DNA of 64,000 bases from Nitrosopumilus sp. (lineage in GTDB: Archaea; Thermoproteota; Nitrososphaeria; Nitrososphaerales; Nitrosopumilaceae), in assembly GCA_965205675.1 (NCBI GenBank), contig OZ242186.1, forward strand, positions 1,632,001 to 1,696,000, in the 5' to 3' direction. The first letter of the stretch is position 1. The number at the start of each line of letters is the position of its first letter. Position numbers and translations under genes: made by a program. The notes under the pieces were generated by a model. That model was not told the DNA's origin. It saw nothing but the letters and a program-made list of their open reading frames with translations, and did no database searches. Of the stretch, positions 40,055 to 50,162 are shown in pieces.

Positions 40055-42133
40055 CTATATCAACAATATCAGGACTATGAATAGTAACCCTGCTCCAAAT
40101 ACGAATAGATATGATTGTGAGACACCTGTCTGAGTTCCTTGAACAACTTTGGCACTCCATCCAACTGCTTTTTGAACTCCAGCATTCATTCCGTAATCGA
40201 TAGCTGTTTTTTCAAAGTATCGGAAGATTCCTCTTGCTAACCATAAAGGTGCTACTACGAAACACCAGTAGATTATTGCATTTAGATACCATCTGTTTAA
40301 GATAAGTTTGTGAAGTGAATAAAAGAAAATATTTGAATTGACAAATTTAACTGGATCAACCCATCTTCCAATGTAGAAGATATAACCTAGTCCAATACCT
40401 GTAGCAAATGCTACAAGAGATGAACCAAGTGCAACTGGATTAAGTCCTTGTAAGAATTCTGGCAAGATTGATGCTTCATCTGGAACATGTACAGTGTGTA
40501 TGCCAAAGGAGTGTTCAAGATATTCGGTGAATAAATGATGCAAGCCTTCTTCAGCAGATAATCCGATGAGTCCAATACCGATTGTAAGAACTGCGAGAAT
40601 TCCGTATGGGACCCACATTGATAGTGATGCTTCATGAATGTGGTATCCTTTCTCCTCCATCTTTTCAATGTGTTTGCTCTTCTTTCCAAAGAAGACCATT
40701 CCAATCATTCTTGTTGTATAAAATGCAGTGATTACGGCAGTCAAAACTGCAATTATGTATAATGGCAAAGCCCATTCATTTCCAGATTCATAAACTGCAG
40801 CAAATATTGCATCCTTACTCCAGAAACCTGTGGTGATAAATGGCGCACCCATCAAACCAAGACCCGCAGCCCACATGAATGCATAAGTTTTCTTCATTTG
40901 TTTTCTCAAACCACCCATATCAGTCATAAATCTAGAACCGACTATATGTAACAGAGAGCCTGCGGCCATGAATAATGATGCTTTAAACATTGCATGAGAG
41001 ATTAAATGGAAAAATCCTGCAGTGTAACCATCAACATATTGATGTGATAATCCTGCAACACCTAATGCCATCATCATATAGCCAATTTGAGAGCCAGTAG
41101 AATATGCAAGAACTTTCTTAATTTCTGGATTAACCATACCTTGTGTTGCAAGTAGTAATGCAGTAATTGCACCAACCCAAGCAACAATCTCAAAGAATTG
41201 ATCGGCCATAATTCCTGCAGCTCCTAGTGCAAATACAAGTGGGCCAATTCTTGCAACTAAGAACACACCAGCTTTAACCATTGTTGCTGCGTGAATTAAT
41301 GCAGATACAGCAGTAGGGCCCGTCATTGCTTCTAAGAGCCATTCATTTAGTGGGAACTGTGCAGATTTTCCTATGGCACCTCCAAACAGCAAAACAAATG
41401 CAGGTACTAACAACCCTTGAGCTTGCATAGCAATTGCCCAATCATGAGATCCCATTAATTCTCTAAATCCAAATGTTCCTGCAAACAAGAATATCAAAAG
41501 CATACCTGCAATCATCATTACATCACCAACTTTGGTCATGATGAATGCCTTCATTCCGGCATGTGTTGGTGCATAGTAATCTAGCATTCCAAGAACTGTA
41601 CGTCCTTCTGTACCAACATGATCTTTCTTTTTATCACGATACCAAAAGCTAATCAGAGCATATGACGCAAGTCCTACTCCTTCCCATCCAAAGAATACTT
41701 GTAACAAGTTGTCAGATAACACAATTAATTGCATAGAACCAATAAAGAACATCATCCAGAACCAAAATCTTGTAATGTCTTTGTCACCTTTCATGTAACC
41801 AGTGCTGTAAATCATAATCAAAAATGAAATCCAGCCAACTACATTTGCCATAATTATTGAAAGCGGATCAGCTAATACGCCTGCTTTGAGACCTATTGCC
41901 TCTATCCACATTACTTGATCATGAATTTCATGAGCTTCCAAAGCTATTGGAAGCATTGATGCTGCAGATAATGCACTCATTAATGCAAATCCGACTGCAA
42001 CAAATCCCGTTGCATTCTTTGATAGTTTTCCAATACCAGGCATAATTAACGCAGCAGCAAATGGCAGTATCCAAACTAACCAAGCACTTGCTGCTCCAAC
42101 TTCAAATGGTAATCCGATAGCTTCTGTTGCCAT
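40055..42133 (-). CDS. nuoL: NADH-quinone oxidoreductase subunit L
   Basis: GKSAQFP, AMTGPTAVSALIHAATMV, HAMFKA. Confidence 0.95.
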   Translation of the reverse strand: MATEAIGLPFEVGAASAWLVWILPFAAALIMPGIGKLSKNATGFVAVGFALMSALSAASMLPIALEAHEIHDQVMWIEAIGLKAGVLADPLSIIMANVVGWISFLIMIYSTGYMKGDKDITRFWFWMMFFIGSMQLIVLSDNLLQVFFGWEGVGLASYALISFWYRDKKKDHVGTEGRTVLGMLDYYAPTHAGMKAFIMTKVGDVMMIAGMLLIFLFAGTFGFRELMGSHDWAIAMQAQGLLVPAFVLLFGGAIGKSAQFPLNEWLLEAMTGPTAVSALIHAATMVKAGVFLVARIGPLVFALGAAGIMADQFFEIVAWVGAITALLLATQGMVNPEIKKVLAYSTGSQIGYMMMALGVAGLSHQYVDGYTAGFFHLISHAMFKASLFMAAGSLLHIVGSRFMTDMGGLRKQMKKTYAFMWAAGLGLMGAPFITTGFWSKDAIFAAVYESGNEWALPLYIIAVLTAVITAFYTTRMIGMVFFGKKSKHIEKMEEKGYHIHEASLSMWVPYGILAVLTIGIGLIGLSAEEGLHHLFTEYLEHSFGIHTVHVPDEASILPEFLQGLNPVALGSSLVAFATGIGLGYIFYIGRWVDPVKFVNSNIFFYSLHKLILNRWYLNAIIYWCFVVAPLWLARGIFRYFEKTAIDYGMNAGVQKAVGWSAKVVQGTQTGVSQSYLFVFGAGLLFIVLILLI

Positions 42134-42136
42134 AAT

Positions 42137-43690
42137 CTATACCCCCAGCACTCCATTCATGTATGGAATGATTGTCTTCAAGAAAATATCTGGATAAATA
42201 CCAACTACAATTGAGAATCCTGCTAATACCATCATTGGAGCAGTCATGTACCAACTTCCTTCTTTTACATTTTCAAGATGTTGAGGCGTCTTTCCAAAGA
42301 ATACACGTTTTAGCATCCAAAGCATGTAAGACATTGTTAGTGCAGTTGCAACAAGACCCAAACCAAATGTTACAGCTCTTAGTGTTGAACCTTCTTCAAT
42401 TGCAGTCTCTAATGCACCAAAGAAGAGAGGCCATTCGCCCATAAAACCACCTGTTGGTGGAATTCCCATGATAGTTAATGCGCCAATTACTGCACATACT
42501 GCAGTGATTGGCATCTTTCCTGCCAATCCACCTAATTTTGAAATGCTTCTAGTTCCAACTTTAACAATAATAATTCCTGCCATCATGAAGAGAATGCCTT
42601 TTCCAATTGCATGTGTTACATACATCATCTCTGCACCTGCAAGACCAAGTACCGAGATTGAACCAATGCCAAATAGGATATAACCCATCTGACTAATACT
42701 AGAATAAGCAAGCATACGTTTTAGATCATCTTGCATCAATGCCATGGCACCGCCATAAATCATTGTAACAAGACCCCAGATGTGTAACCATATCGAGAGT
42801 TCTGCAAATGTCAAGGGTAAGAATTCTACAATTAATCTGAAAATACCATAAGCTCCAATTCCGATCATGGCAGGAGATAACAGTGCACTGATTGGCGTGG
42901 GAGCTGAACCGTGGACATATGGTAGCCAAACATGGAACATAAAAACTGCCAGTTTAACTCCAAGTCCTATTACAATTGCAACTGCAGAATACATTACAAT
43001 GTCTGCAGGAATTTCAGATTCTCGGATATCAGCAAAATCAAAACTGCCAAGTGTAAGACCAATCATTAAAAATCCCAATAGTAAAACTACAGCACCTGCA
43101 TGAGTCCAAAACAAGAACATTAAACCAATCTTTCTTCTTGGACCATCACCCCAAAGTGCAACTAAAAAGAAACCAGGAATCAGCATAACCTCAAAGAAGA
43201 TATAAAATTCAATCAAATTTGTTGAAAGAACTGTTCCAAGCATACCCATTGCAAAGACAAGGTATAGTGCAAAGTAAAGTCCAGATTTTGCATTTACATA
43301 ATTTGTAAGAGAAGATGATTCAATGATAGATGTTTGGCCCCCAGAAGATGAAACCATTCTTTTCTCTTCTTCAAATTGCTCATGGAATTTATGAATCATG
43401 TATGGCTTTGAATAAATTGCCAAGATAGTAGACAAAACATAAATCATTATTGCAAACGGTGATGCTAATCCATCTAATAGGAATCCGAATTCTCCAAACT
43501 GGCTAGTCCACGGATAGTGTTCCTCTACGGTTCCAGATAGGGCTGCATTAATTACAAGAATTGTAGTGTATAATAGAATTGCAAATGTAAACCACATTGC
43601 AGGAGTTGGTCCCATTTTTCTTCCGAGAATATAGGCTATGGGAGATAAAAGCAGTGGCAAGAAAACTGCCTGCAATAAGGCATATTCCAT
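42137..43690 (-). CDS. nuoM: NADH-quinone oxidoreductase subunit M
   Basis: FYIFFE, HVWLP, DLKRMLAYSS. Confidence 0.95.
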   Translation of the reverse strand: MEYALLQAVFLPLLLSPIAYILGRKMGPTPAMWFTFAILLYTTILVINAALSGTVEEHYPWTSQFGEFGFLLDGLASPFAIMIYVLSTILAIYSKPYMIHKFHEQFEEEKRMVSSSGGQTSIIESSSLTNYVNAKSGLYFALYLVFAMGMLGTVLSTNLIEFYIFFEVMLIPGFFLVALWGDGPRRKIGLMFLFWTHAGAVVLLLGFLMIGLTLGSFDFADIRESEIPADIVMYSAVAIVIGLGVKLAVFMFHVWLPYVHGSAPTPISALLSPAMIGIGAYGIFRLIVEFLPLTFAELSIWLHIWGLVTMIYGGAMALMQDDLKRMLAYSSISQMGYILFGIGSISVLGLAGAEMMYVTHAIGKGILFMMAGIIIVKVGTRSISKLGGLAGKMPITAVCAVIGALTIMGIPPTGGFMGEWPLFFGALETAIEEGSTLRAVTFGLGLVATALTMSYMLWMLKRVFFGKTPQHLENVKEGSWYMTAPMMVLAGFSIVVGIYPDIFLKTIIPYMNGVLGV

Positions 43691-43995
43691 TATCCTTTCA
43701 AACTCCTAAAGTCTGCAATATCGACATTTTGATACATACGGTAAGCTACAATAATTAAAGACAGCCCAACTGCAACTTCTGCTGCTGCAATTGCAATAGA
43801 GAATAATGCCATTGTTTGACCTCCACTATGGGGTAAAAATCTACCAAAAGCAACAATATTCAAATTTGCAGCATTGATAATAATTTCAACTGCAAATAAC
43901 ATTCGGATAAAATTACGTTTAACTGCAAGGCCATAGATTCCTATGCCCAACATAGCAACAGATACTAGTGTAAAATCAATTAACTCGCTGGTCAT
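43690..43995 (-). CDS. nuoK: NADH-quinone oxidoreductase subunit K
   Basis: VEIIINA, IAAAEVAVGL. Confidence 0.95.
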   Translation of the reverse strand: MTSELIDFTLVSVAMLGIGIYGLAVKRNFIRMLFAVEIIINAANLNIVAFGRFLPHSGGQTMALFSIAIAAAEVAVGLSLIIVAYRMYQNVDIADFRSLKG

Positions 43996-44488
43996 TTTCC
44001 ACGTCCTCTCGTTTGGCTAAAACTAATGCTCCTGTAACAGAACCTGCTAAAATTAATCCCATTAAAATTAATGCAGGCCAATAATATGTTACAAAGTCAA
44101 TACCTATATCTCTAAAGTTAGTTGCAGGTTCATCAGTAGTTATTGTTTTGATACCTGAATCTAAGAATATTGCACCTAGTGCAACCATCACTACAAGCAT
44201 CAAACCAATACCTGCAAATCTCCTTCTCTTGTCTTCAATTTTTTTGAAGATTAATTCTCGTTTTACTAACATGACAGTAAACAAAATTAAAACTGCAATA
44301 GATCCTACATAAACTGCTAATTGAAATAATGCGACAAATGGTGCATCCAACAAGAAAAAGAATCCTGCAACACCACCTAAAGTTCCCATTAAAGCAATTG
44401 AACCATAAATTAATGATCTTAATTCAAGTGCAGCAATTGCTGAACCTATTGTAATTACAGTTAATGCAAGAAATGCTGCATCAGCCAT
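43976..44488 (-). CDS. nuoJ: NADH-quinone oxidoreductase subunit J
   Basis: QLAVYVGSIAVLILF motif. Confidence 0.93.
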   Translation of the reverse strand: MADAAFLALTVITIGSAIAALELRSLIYGSIALMGTLGGVAGFFFLLDAPFVALFQLAVYVGSIAVLILFTVMLVKRELIFKKIEDKRRRFAGIGLMLVVMVALGAIFLDSGIKTITTDEPATNFRDIGIDFVTYYWPALILMGLILAGSVTGALVLAKREDVENDQRVN

Positions 44489-44978
44489 GTGTCGCACCTC
44501 TATCTGATATTTGGATTTCACTATCTTGTGCAACGTATGGTTTAACCTGAAGCTGAGCAGGAGTGTAAATCAAACCTTCTTTAGAAAATGAAGATAATTC
44601 ATAATCATTTGTCATGTAAAGAGCATAGAAAGGACATGCATCAACACAAAGACCACAAAAAACACATTTTCCATAATCGATTTGTGGCATTATTGATTTT
44701 TTATTTTGTTTTTGTTCTTCTGGAACTTTAACCATAGCAATTGCTTCAGCAACTCCCTCACATGCAATTGAACATAATTGGCAACCAGTACAATGATCAT
44801 GAAATAGCATGTGCCGTCCCTTTAATCCAGCAATTCCAACACCTGTAGATGGATCAAATTGATAACCATCCCCAACAAACTTTAGTTTTTCTTCAGGATA
44901 GCGAAGAGTAAATCTCTTTGTGGCAATATGTTTAATTCCAGAATTTAATGCACGAATAATGCCAGTTGCAGTTCCCAT
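44481..44978 (-). CDS. nuoI: NADH-quinone oxidoreductase subunit I
   Basis: Two CxxCxxCxxxC 4Fe-4S motifs. Confidence 0.95.
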   Translation of the reverse strand: MGTATGIIRALNSGIKHIATKRFTLRYPEEKLKFVGDGYQFDPSTGVGIAGLKGRHMLFHDHCTGCQLCSIACEGVAEAIAMVKVPEEQKQNKKSIMPQIDYGKCVFCGLCVDACPFYALYMTNDYELSSFSKEGLIYTPAQLQVKPYVAQDSEIQISDRGATHG

Positions 44979-46276
44979 TATTGTAGTCCTCCTGGTCCTA
45001 GCACGCCAGCGTAAAGCAAGCCTAGTGCAATAAAGATGTTAACGAAAGCTAACCCAATTAGTTTAGTCCATCCAAGATTCAATAACATATCAACTCTGAT
45101 TCTTGGGAAAACCCCTCGAGGTAATAATATGAAGAATATTACAGCAACGGTTTTTAAAACAAACCAGAATGTGCCATTAAGCATTGCTTGATCAAATAAT
45201 GGCAATCCCGGGAATGGTCCTACAGTAACAGGACCCATTTCAATTCCAGTTAAAAGTTCCGCGGGGAATGGAGGTACAACCATTGGACCATTCCAACCAC
45301 CTAAGAATAACACAACAAACAATCCGGCAAATGCATAAAGTTTCAGATATGTTCCTAGTTGAACAAGTCCATACATCATTCCAGATAATTCAGTCAACCA
45401 TCCCGCTACAATTTCACTTTCTGCTTCTGGTAAATCAAATGGAATTCTTTCCAACTCTGCAAGCATTGTAATAAAGAAAACAATTGCGCCCACAGGTAAA
45501 AATACAATCCATGGAAAACTGGATTGACTAGCAGCAATTTCAGATAAATCAAGAGAGCCAGTTAACATTACAACACCCAATAAAGATAAGATTAATGGAA
45601 TTTCAAATGAAACCATTTGGAATAAAGCCCTGATACCACCAATGAATGGGAATTTACTATTTGCAGACCATGCAGAAAGAATAGTGATGATTGGGAAAAA
45701 CCCAATCACAGCAAATACTCCAAGTAATCCAATTTCAACATCAGCAACTACCCAACCGGGTGCAACAGGAATGAATGCAACAAAAGCTGCAGCAGTTGCA
45801 ACAAAGAGTACCGGAGCTGCCCAGAAAATAGGTTTATCTGCTTTTGCAGGAATAATAATTTCTTTTGAAATTAATTTTAGACCATCACCCATTAATTGTA
45901 AAATTCCTTCAAATTTCCCACAATAGAAAGGACCAACTCTTAGTTGTAATTTTGCAAGCATCTTTCTTTCAACAAAAATCGTACCAGCAGCTATTAGTGC
46001 TGCAAATCCAAATCCTGGAAATGCCATAACTCTAAAGATATCAGTAGCCATGAATGCATGAACAATTGGAAGAATACGAGACGGGTCAGCCAGCCATGTA
46101 AACGCAAGGAATGGTGTAAGTAGCTCTCCATCAATTACAGGCATTTCAATGACAAATAGAATCATCATTATTGCTGGAAGACCAACTAAAACTACAATTA
46201 AGATAATCCAGAAAATGTTATCAAGTAAAGACTTGATAAATTCACTTAGTTTGAATTGTGGTGCAATAACTGACAT
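44978..46276 (-). CDS. nuoH: NADH-quinone oxidoreductase subunit H
   Basis: ERK...QLRVGP, RIPFDLPEAESE. Confidence 0.95.
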   Translation of the reverse strand: MSVIAPQFKLSEFIKSLLDNIFWIILIVVLVGLPAIMMILFVIEMPVIDGELLTPFLAFTWLADPSRILPIVHAFMATDIFRVMAFPGFGFAALIAAGTIFVERKMLAKLQLRVGPFYCGKFEGILQLMGDGLKLISKEIIIPAKADKPIFWAAPVLFVATAAAFVAFIPVAPGWVVADVEIGLLGVFAVIGFFPIITILSAWSANSKFPFIGGIRALFQMVSFEIPLILSLLGVVMLTGSLDLSEIAASQSSFPWIVFLPVGAIVFFITMLAELERIPFDLPEAESEIVAGWLTELSGMMYGLVQLGTYLKLYAFAGLFVVLFLGGWNGPMVVPPFPAELLTGIEMGPVTVGPFPGLPLFDQAMLNGTFWFVLKTVAVIFFILLPRGVFPRIRVDMLLNLGWTKLIGLAFVNIFIALGLLYAGVLGPGGLQ

Positions 46277-47413
46277 TTATCTGTCTGCCTCCACTGGCCA
46301 ATAGTTGAGACTCCAATAAACAGATGGCATGTTTCCAAGTTTTTCACCCCTGAGAAGATTTGGTAATGCAATCAAATTTCTAAAAGAAGGAACACTTAGT
46401 TTTACCCTATACGGTTCTGCTTTTGCATCTGAGACAATATAACAACCTAAAGAACCTCTGCCTGATTCTACACGTTTGTAAACAGATTCTAATCCTTTGG
46501 TTTTTGGATTTGGTTTTAGTTTAACTCTAACAGAACCAGACTTTGGCATTTTTTGTAATGCTTGTCTTATAATGTTACAACTTTCAATCATATCAAGCCA
46601 TGGAATTCTAGATCTTGCATAAGAATCCCCTTCCTTCATTACATTAGTATGAACATCTAGTTCATCATAGACATCATATGGTTCTTTTACTCTAAGATCA
46701 TAATCTACACCACTTGCACGAAGTACAGAACCTGTTGTTCCATATCTAATTGCATCTTGTCTTGATAAAACACCAGTATCCCTAGTTCTTGAAATTAGAA
46801 TCGGGTTGTCATAAAAGACTGCAGCATATTCTTTGATACGTTTTTCAAAATAGTTAACCTGACGTAGACAAACATCTTCAAAGTTTGGCGGTAAGTCATT
46901 TCTAACTCCGCCTGGAACAAAGTGAGCATGTGTTACTCTGGCACCTGTCATTTTCTCCATCAAATCAATTAAGAGTTCACGATCACCAGCAGGCCACATA
47001 AACATTGTAGAGTGTCCCAAAAAGATTCCATAGATTGCTAACCAATACATGATGTAGATACATCGGTTTAGTTCAGATGCAATTACTCTAACATATTTTG
47101 CACGTTCTGGAACTTCAATACCGAGAAGTTCTTCTGCTCCCAAAACATATGGATACAATACATTACAAGAATCATGAATTACAGGTCTTTCTAAATGAGG
47201 AATATTTGTAATATAATTTCTATACTCTGCCATTTTTTCCTCTCCCCGATGAACATATCCCGGATCTGGATCACACGCAACAATATAATCGCCATCAATT
47301 TGTACAATAATTCTCATATGGCCTGAGCCGGGATGTTGTGGTCCTACATTTAGAGTCATGATTCTCTCATCAACTTTTTGGAGTGCTAATCCAGGTGGCA
47401 ATCCTGCAGTCAT
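46277..47413 (-). CDS. nuoD: NADH-quinone oxidoreductase subunit D
   Basis: GPQHP, GYVHRGEEK, C-terminal EADR. Confidence 0.95.
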   Translation of the reverse strand: MTAGLPPGLALQKVDERIMTLNVGPQHPGSGHMRIIVQIDGDYIVACDPDPGYVHRGEEKMAEYRNYITNIPHLERPVIHDSCNVLYPYVLGAEELLGIEVPERAKYVRVIASELNRCIYIMYWLAIYGIFLGHSTMFMWPAGDRELLIDLMEKMTGARVTHAHFVPGGVRNDLPPNFEDVCLRQVNYFEKRIKEYAAVFYDNPILISRTRDTGVLSRQDAIRYGTTGSVLRASGVDYDLRVKEPYDVYDELDVHTNVMKEGDSYARSRIPWLDMIESCNIIRQALQKMPKSGSVRVKLKPNPKTKGLESVYKRVESGRGSLGCYIVSDAKAEPYRVKLSVPSFRNLIALPNLLRGEKLGNMPSVYWSLNYWPVEADR

Positions 47414-47519
47414 CTCTATCTACCTTTTATTGTAAAGTCCTTTCTAAGTGGTGGCAAGTCTGCAGTCATCTCTATCTACCTTTTATTGCAAAGTCCTTTC
47501 TAAGTGGTGGCAAGTCTGC
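47404..47519. repeat. 56-bp tandem duplication of the nuoC/nuoD junction
   Basis: 47404-47459 and 47460-47515 differ at one base; both are bounded by CTGC microhomology. Confidence 0.95.
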
Positions 47520-48068
47520 CCAATCTTCTGGCAAAAGTAATCGTCTATTATCAGGGTGACCTTCAAAGAAAACTCCAAACATTTCAAAAACTTCTCTCTC
47601 ATGAAATTCGACACTGTAAAAAACATCTCTAAGAGTTGGAAGCTTTGTTGCATCATTTCCAGGGATTGGATTTGTTTCTCGTTGAGCTCTAGTAGCTAAA
47701 ACCAGAATCTGTCTTGCCAATGAAGATTCAGTATAAGATCCTATATGATAAACAACTTCAATTTCATTATCTTGAGGATAATCCACACCTGAAACAGATT
47801 CTACATGATCATAATTTAGTCCATCACGAATGAATTCGGCAACATCATGAACATTTTCTCGTCCAACATTAATTCTAACGCGGTCTTCTTTTACAAATCC
47901 AACTTTAACTTTATCACCAAATTTTTCAATAATCTTATCAGAAATACTTTTTTCAAAAACAGGTAATTCAACTGGTGTCGGTTCCGGTTTCTTTGCTGCA
48001 GGTTTGGGCGGAGGCGTTTCAACTTTAGGTGAGACATCTGCAGAAGAATTTTCAGTTTTAGTACTCAT
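47472..48068 (-). CDS. nuoC: NADH-quinone oxidoreductase subunit C
   Basis: EREVFEMFG..F.GHP, PLRKDF. Confidence 0.95.
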   Translation of the reverse strand: MSTKTENSSADVSPKVETPPPKPAAKKPEPTPVELPVFEKSISDKIIEKFGDKVKVGFVKEDRVRINVGRENVHDVAEFIRDGLNYDHVESVSGVDYPQDNEIEVVYHIGSYTESSLARQILVLATRAQRETNPIPGNDATKLPTLRDVFYSVEFHEREVFEMFGVFFEGHPDNRRLLLPEDWADLPPLRKDFAIKGR

Positions 48069-48592
48069 TATACAAACTTCCTAGCCTTCATCCTCTTAAT
48101 TTTTTCTTGCAATAACATACATCCTTGGATGAGAGTTTCAGGTCTAGGTGGACAACCTGGAACATAGACATCAACTGGAATTACTCCATCAATTCCTGGA
48201 AGTACATTGTATGAATCAAAATACAAACCTCCAGTAATTGCACAAGCACCCATAGCAATTACATACTTTGGTTCTGGCATTTGATCATAAACTAATCTGA
48301 GACGTGGTGCCATTTTTCTTGTAATAGTTCCTTGAACAACTACAAGATCACATTGTCTTAATGATCCAAATGCTTCAATGATGCCAAATCTTTCAACATC
48401 ATATCTAGGACTTGATGCTGCCCCAAATTCTACACTGCAACAAGCTGTTTCAATGTGAACAGGCCAGAGTGACCAAATTCTACCCCAGTTAATGGCATAG
48501 CCTAATGGTTTATCAATTGCTTTTTCTAAAATATCTCCTAACTTTCCTACAAAGACATTTGCATTTTCTGGTGTGACTAAATCTTTAAGCAA
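48068..48592 (-). CDS. nuoB: NADH-quinone oxidoreductase subunit B
   Basis: ACCSVE, MGACA, VPGCPPRPE. Confidence 0.95.
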   Translation of the reverse strand: MLKDLVTPENANVFVGKLGDILEKAIDKPLGYAINWGRIWSLWPVHIETACCSVEFGAASSPRYDVERFGIIEAFGSLRQCDLVVVQGTITRKMAPRLRLVYDQMPEPKYVIAMGACAITGGLYFDSYNVLPGIDGVIPVDVYVPGCPPRPETLIQGCMLLQEKIKRMKARKFV

Positions 48593-48632
48593 TTTTATCC
48601 CCTATCCCCGTAAATGTGATTTATATAAAAAA

Positions 48633-49007
48633 CTACCATATCCTTCTTTTCCCTGATTGATACAATGCAAAAGCCATTGCACCAAACATTATTGCTAAAA
48701 ATCCCATCATTGGCAAAGTTGCCATCTTTGGAATTTCTAAAAGTGCACTACCCCACGCATACAAGAAAATTGCCATTACATCAAAAACAACAAACATGAG
48801 AATGTATGGATAATACTGCATCATGAAATGAGTTCTTCCCTCACCTGTTGGAACTTGACCACATTCCATCGGCAAGAACTTTACAGGATTACTTCTTTTT
48901 CGAGGAGAAACCATTCTTGAAATAAAAAGAGCTGGAGCCATCGCTATTATACCAAACGCAAACATCAATACAACGGTACTGTAATTGCCCGCTAATTCCC
49001 CGACCAA
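48633..49007 (-). CDS. nuoA: NADH-quinone oxidoreductase subunit A
   Basis: ECG, FVVFDV; three TM helices. Confidence 0.93.
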   Translation of the reverse strand: MVGELAGNYSTVVLMFAFGIIAMAPALFISRMVSPRKRSNPVKFLPMECGQVPTGEGRTHFMMQYYPYILMFVVFDVMAIFLYAWGSALLEIPKMATLPMMGFLAIMFGAMAFALYQSGKRRIW

Positions 49008-49088
49008 TTTAGCTTTTCACCCTAATTTTTGTATATAATTCAATCGTTTTAGGCACATTTTTAAGGTATAATGGTAGATATTAAGTAA

Positions 49089-50039
49089 ATGTCTACCTTT
49101 CTTTCAAAAACCAAAAATCGAGTCAGTTTTGAGGAGAGAATACAGACAAAAGCAGTCAATACTCAAAAAACATCCCAGTCAGCAATAAGAAACTTTGAGA
49201 GATTTTGCAAGGAAAACTATGGCAAATCAATGGAGGAGACAATATCAGAATATCAGAGAGTTGAGATGGAACTAGTCTATGAATCTCTTCAAGAGTGGAT
49301 AAACTGGAACCATACAAAGATCCACTCAAACAGCATTCCCACACTGTTTTCATACCTCAAAACATATCTGAGATATCACAAGATAAGAATTACAAAGGAA
49401 GATGTGGCAGAACAGTTGAGTTTTCCTCACAAGGTCAGAGAGGAGAAACATCCATTGACAAAAGAAGAGATAAGAAAGATAATTCTAGTCAGCAACAAAA
49501 ATAACATGATCAAGTTTTTGGCACAGTTGTCAAGCGGTATGAGAAGGGGGGAATTGCTCCAATTGCGTAAAAAAGACCTTGATACTACTCAAAAGAGAAT
49601 CATGGTAAAGATTCCTGCAAGCATCACAAAGACAAAAAAGTCAAGGGTGACTTTTTTTAGCAAGGAGGTAAGGCCTTTGCTTATGCCAATTCTGAGAAAA
49701 CTATCTGATGAGGATGACAGGGTGTTTTTTCGTGGAAAGGCAAATCCTGCAAATATAAGCAATCACTACCAGTTGATTCTCACAAAGTATCTAAAAAAAG
49801 CAGGACTGGATCAAAAATATGAATCAGGACTGCACAAGATAACAACACACAGTTTTAGGGCATATTTTATCACAAAGGTATCGCGACACGATCCAAACTT
49901 GGCAAAATACTTTGCAGGACAAGAACAGGCAAGGGATTTGTTGATGTATGACAGATTGACAACAGATGAAAGGTTGGAAAATTATATCAAATTTGAGCCT
50001 GATTTGCTAATATATGACAACAATAGACGACAGAATTAG
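49089..50039 (+). CDS. Tyrosine recombinase/integrase
   Basis: SGMRRGEL (R), TKTKKSR (K), HSFR, C-terminal Y. Confidence 0.9.
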   Translation: MSTFLSKTKNRVSFEERIQTKAVNTQKTSQSAIRNFERFCKENYGKSMEETISEYQRVEMELVYESLQEWINWNHTKIHSNSIPTLFSYLKTYLRYHKIRITKEDVAEQLSFPHKVREEKHPLTKEEIRKIILVSNKNNMIKFLAQLSSGMRRGELLQLRKKDLDTTQKRIMVKIPASITKTKKSRVTFFSKEVRPLLMPILRKLSDEDDRVFFRGKANPANISNHYQLILTKYLKKAGLDQKYESGLHKITTHSFRAYFITKVSRHDPNLAKYFAGQEQARDLLMYDRLTTDERLENYIKFEPDLLIYDNNRRQN

Positions 50040-50162
50040 AAGGGGATGTTTTAGGGTTGCAAAAGCAAATAAAAATCTGTCATCAAGATTTTATCAAAAA
50101 ATTATTATAACAAATATGAAAAATGTATGTTATGAATACAGCACTCCAATATAGAAAAATTA

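Noticed and set aside
38558-49007. Complex I lacking nuoEFG, with M before L
   Set aside because: An established feature of ammonia-oxidising archaea
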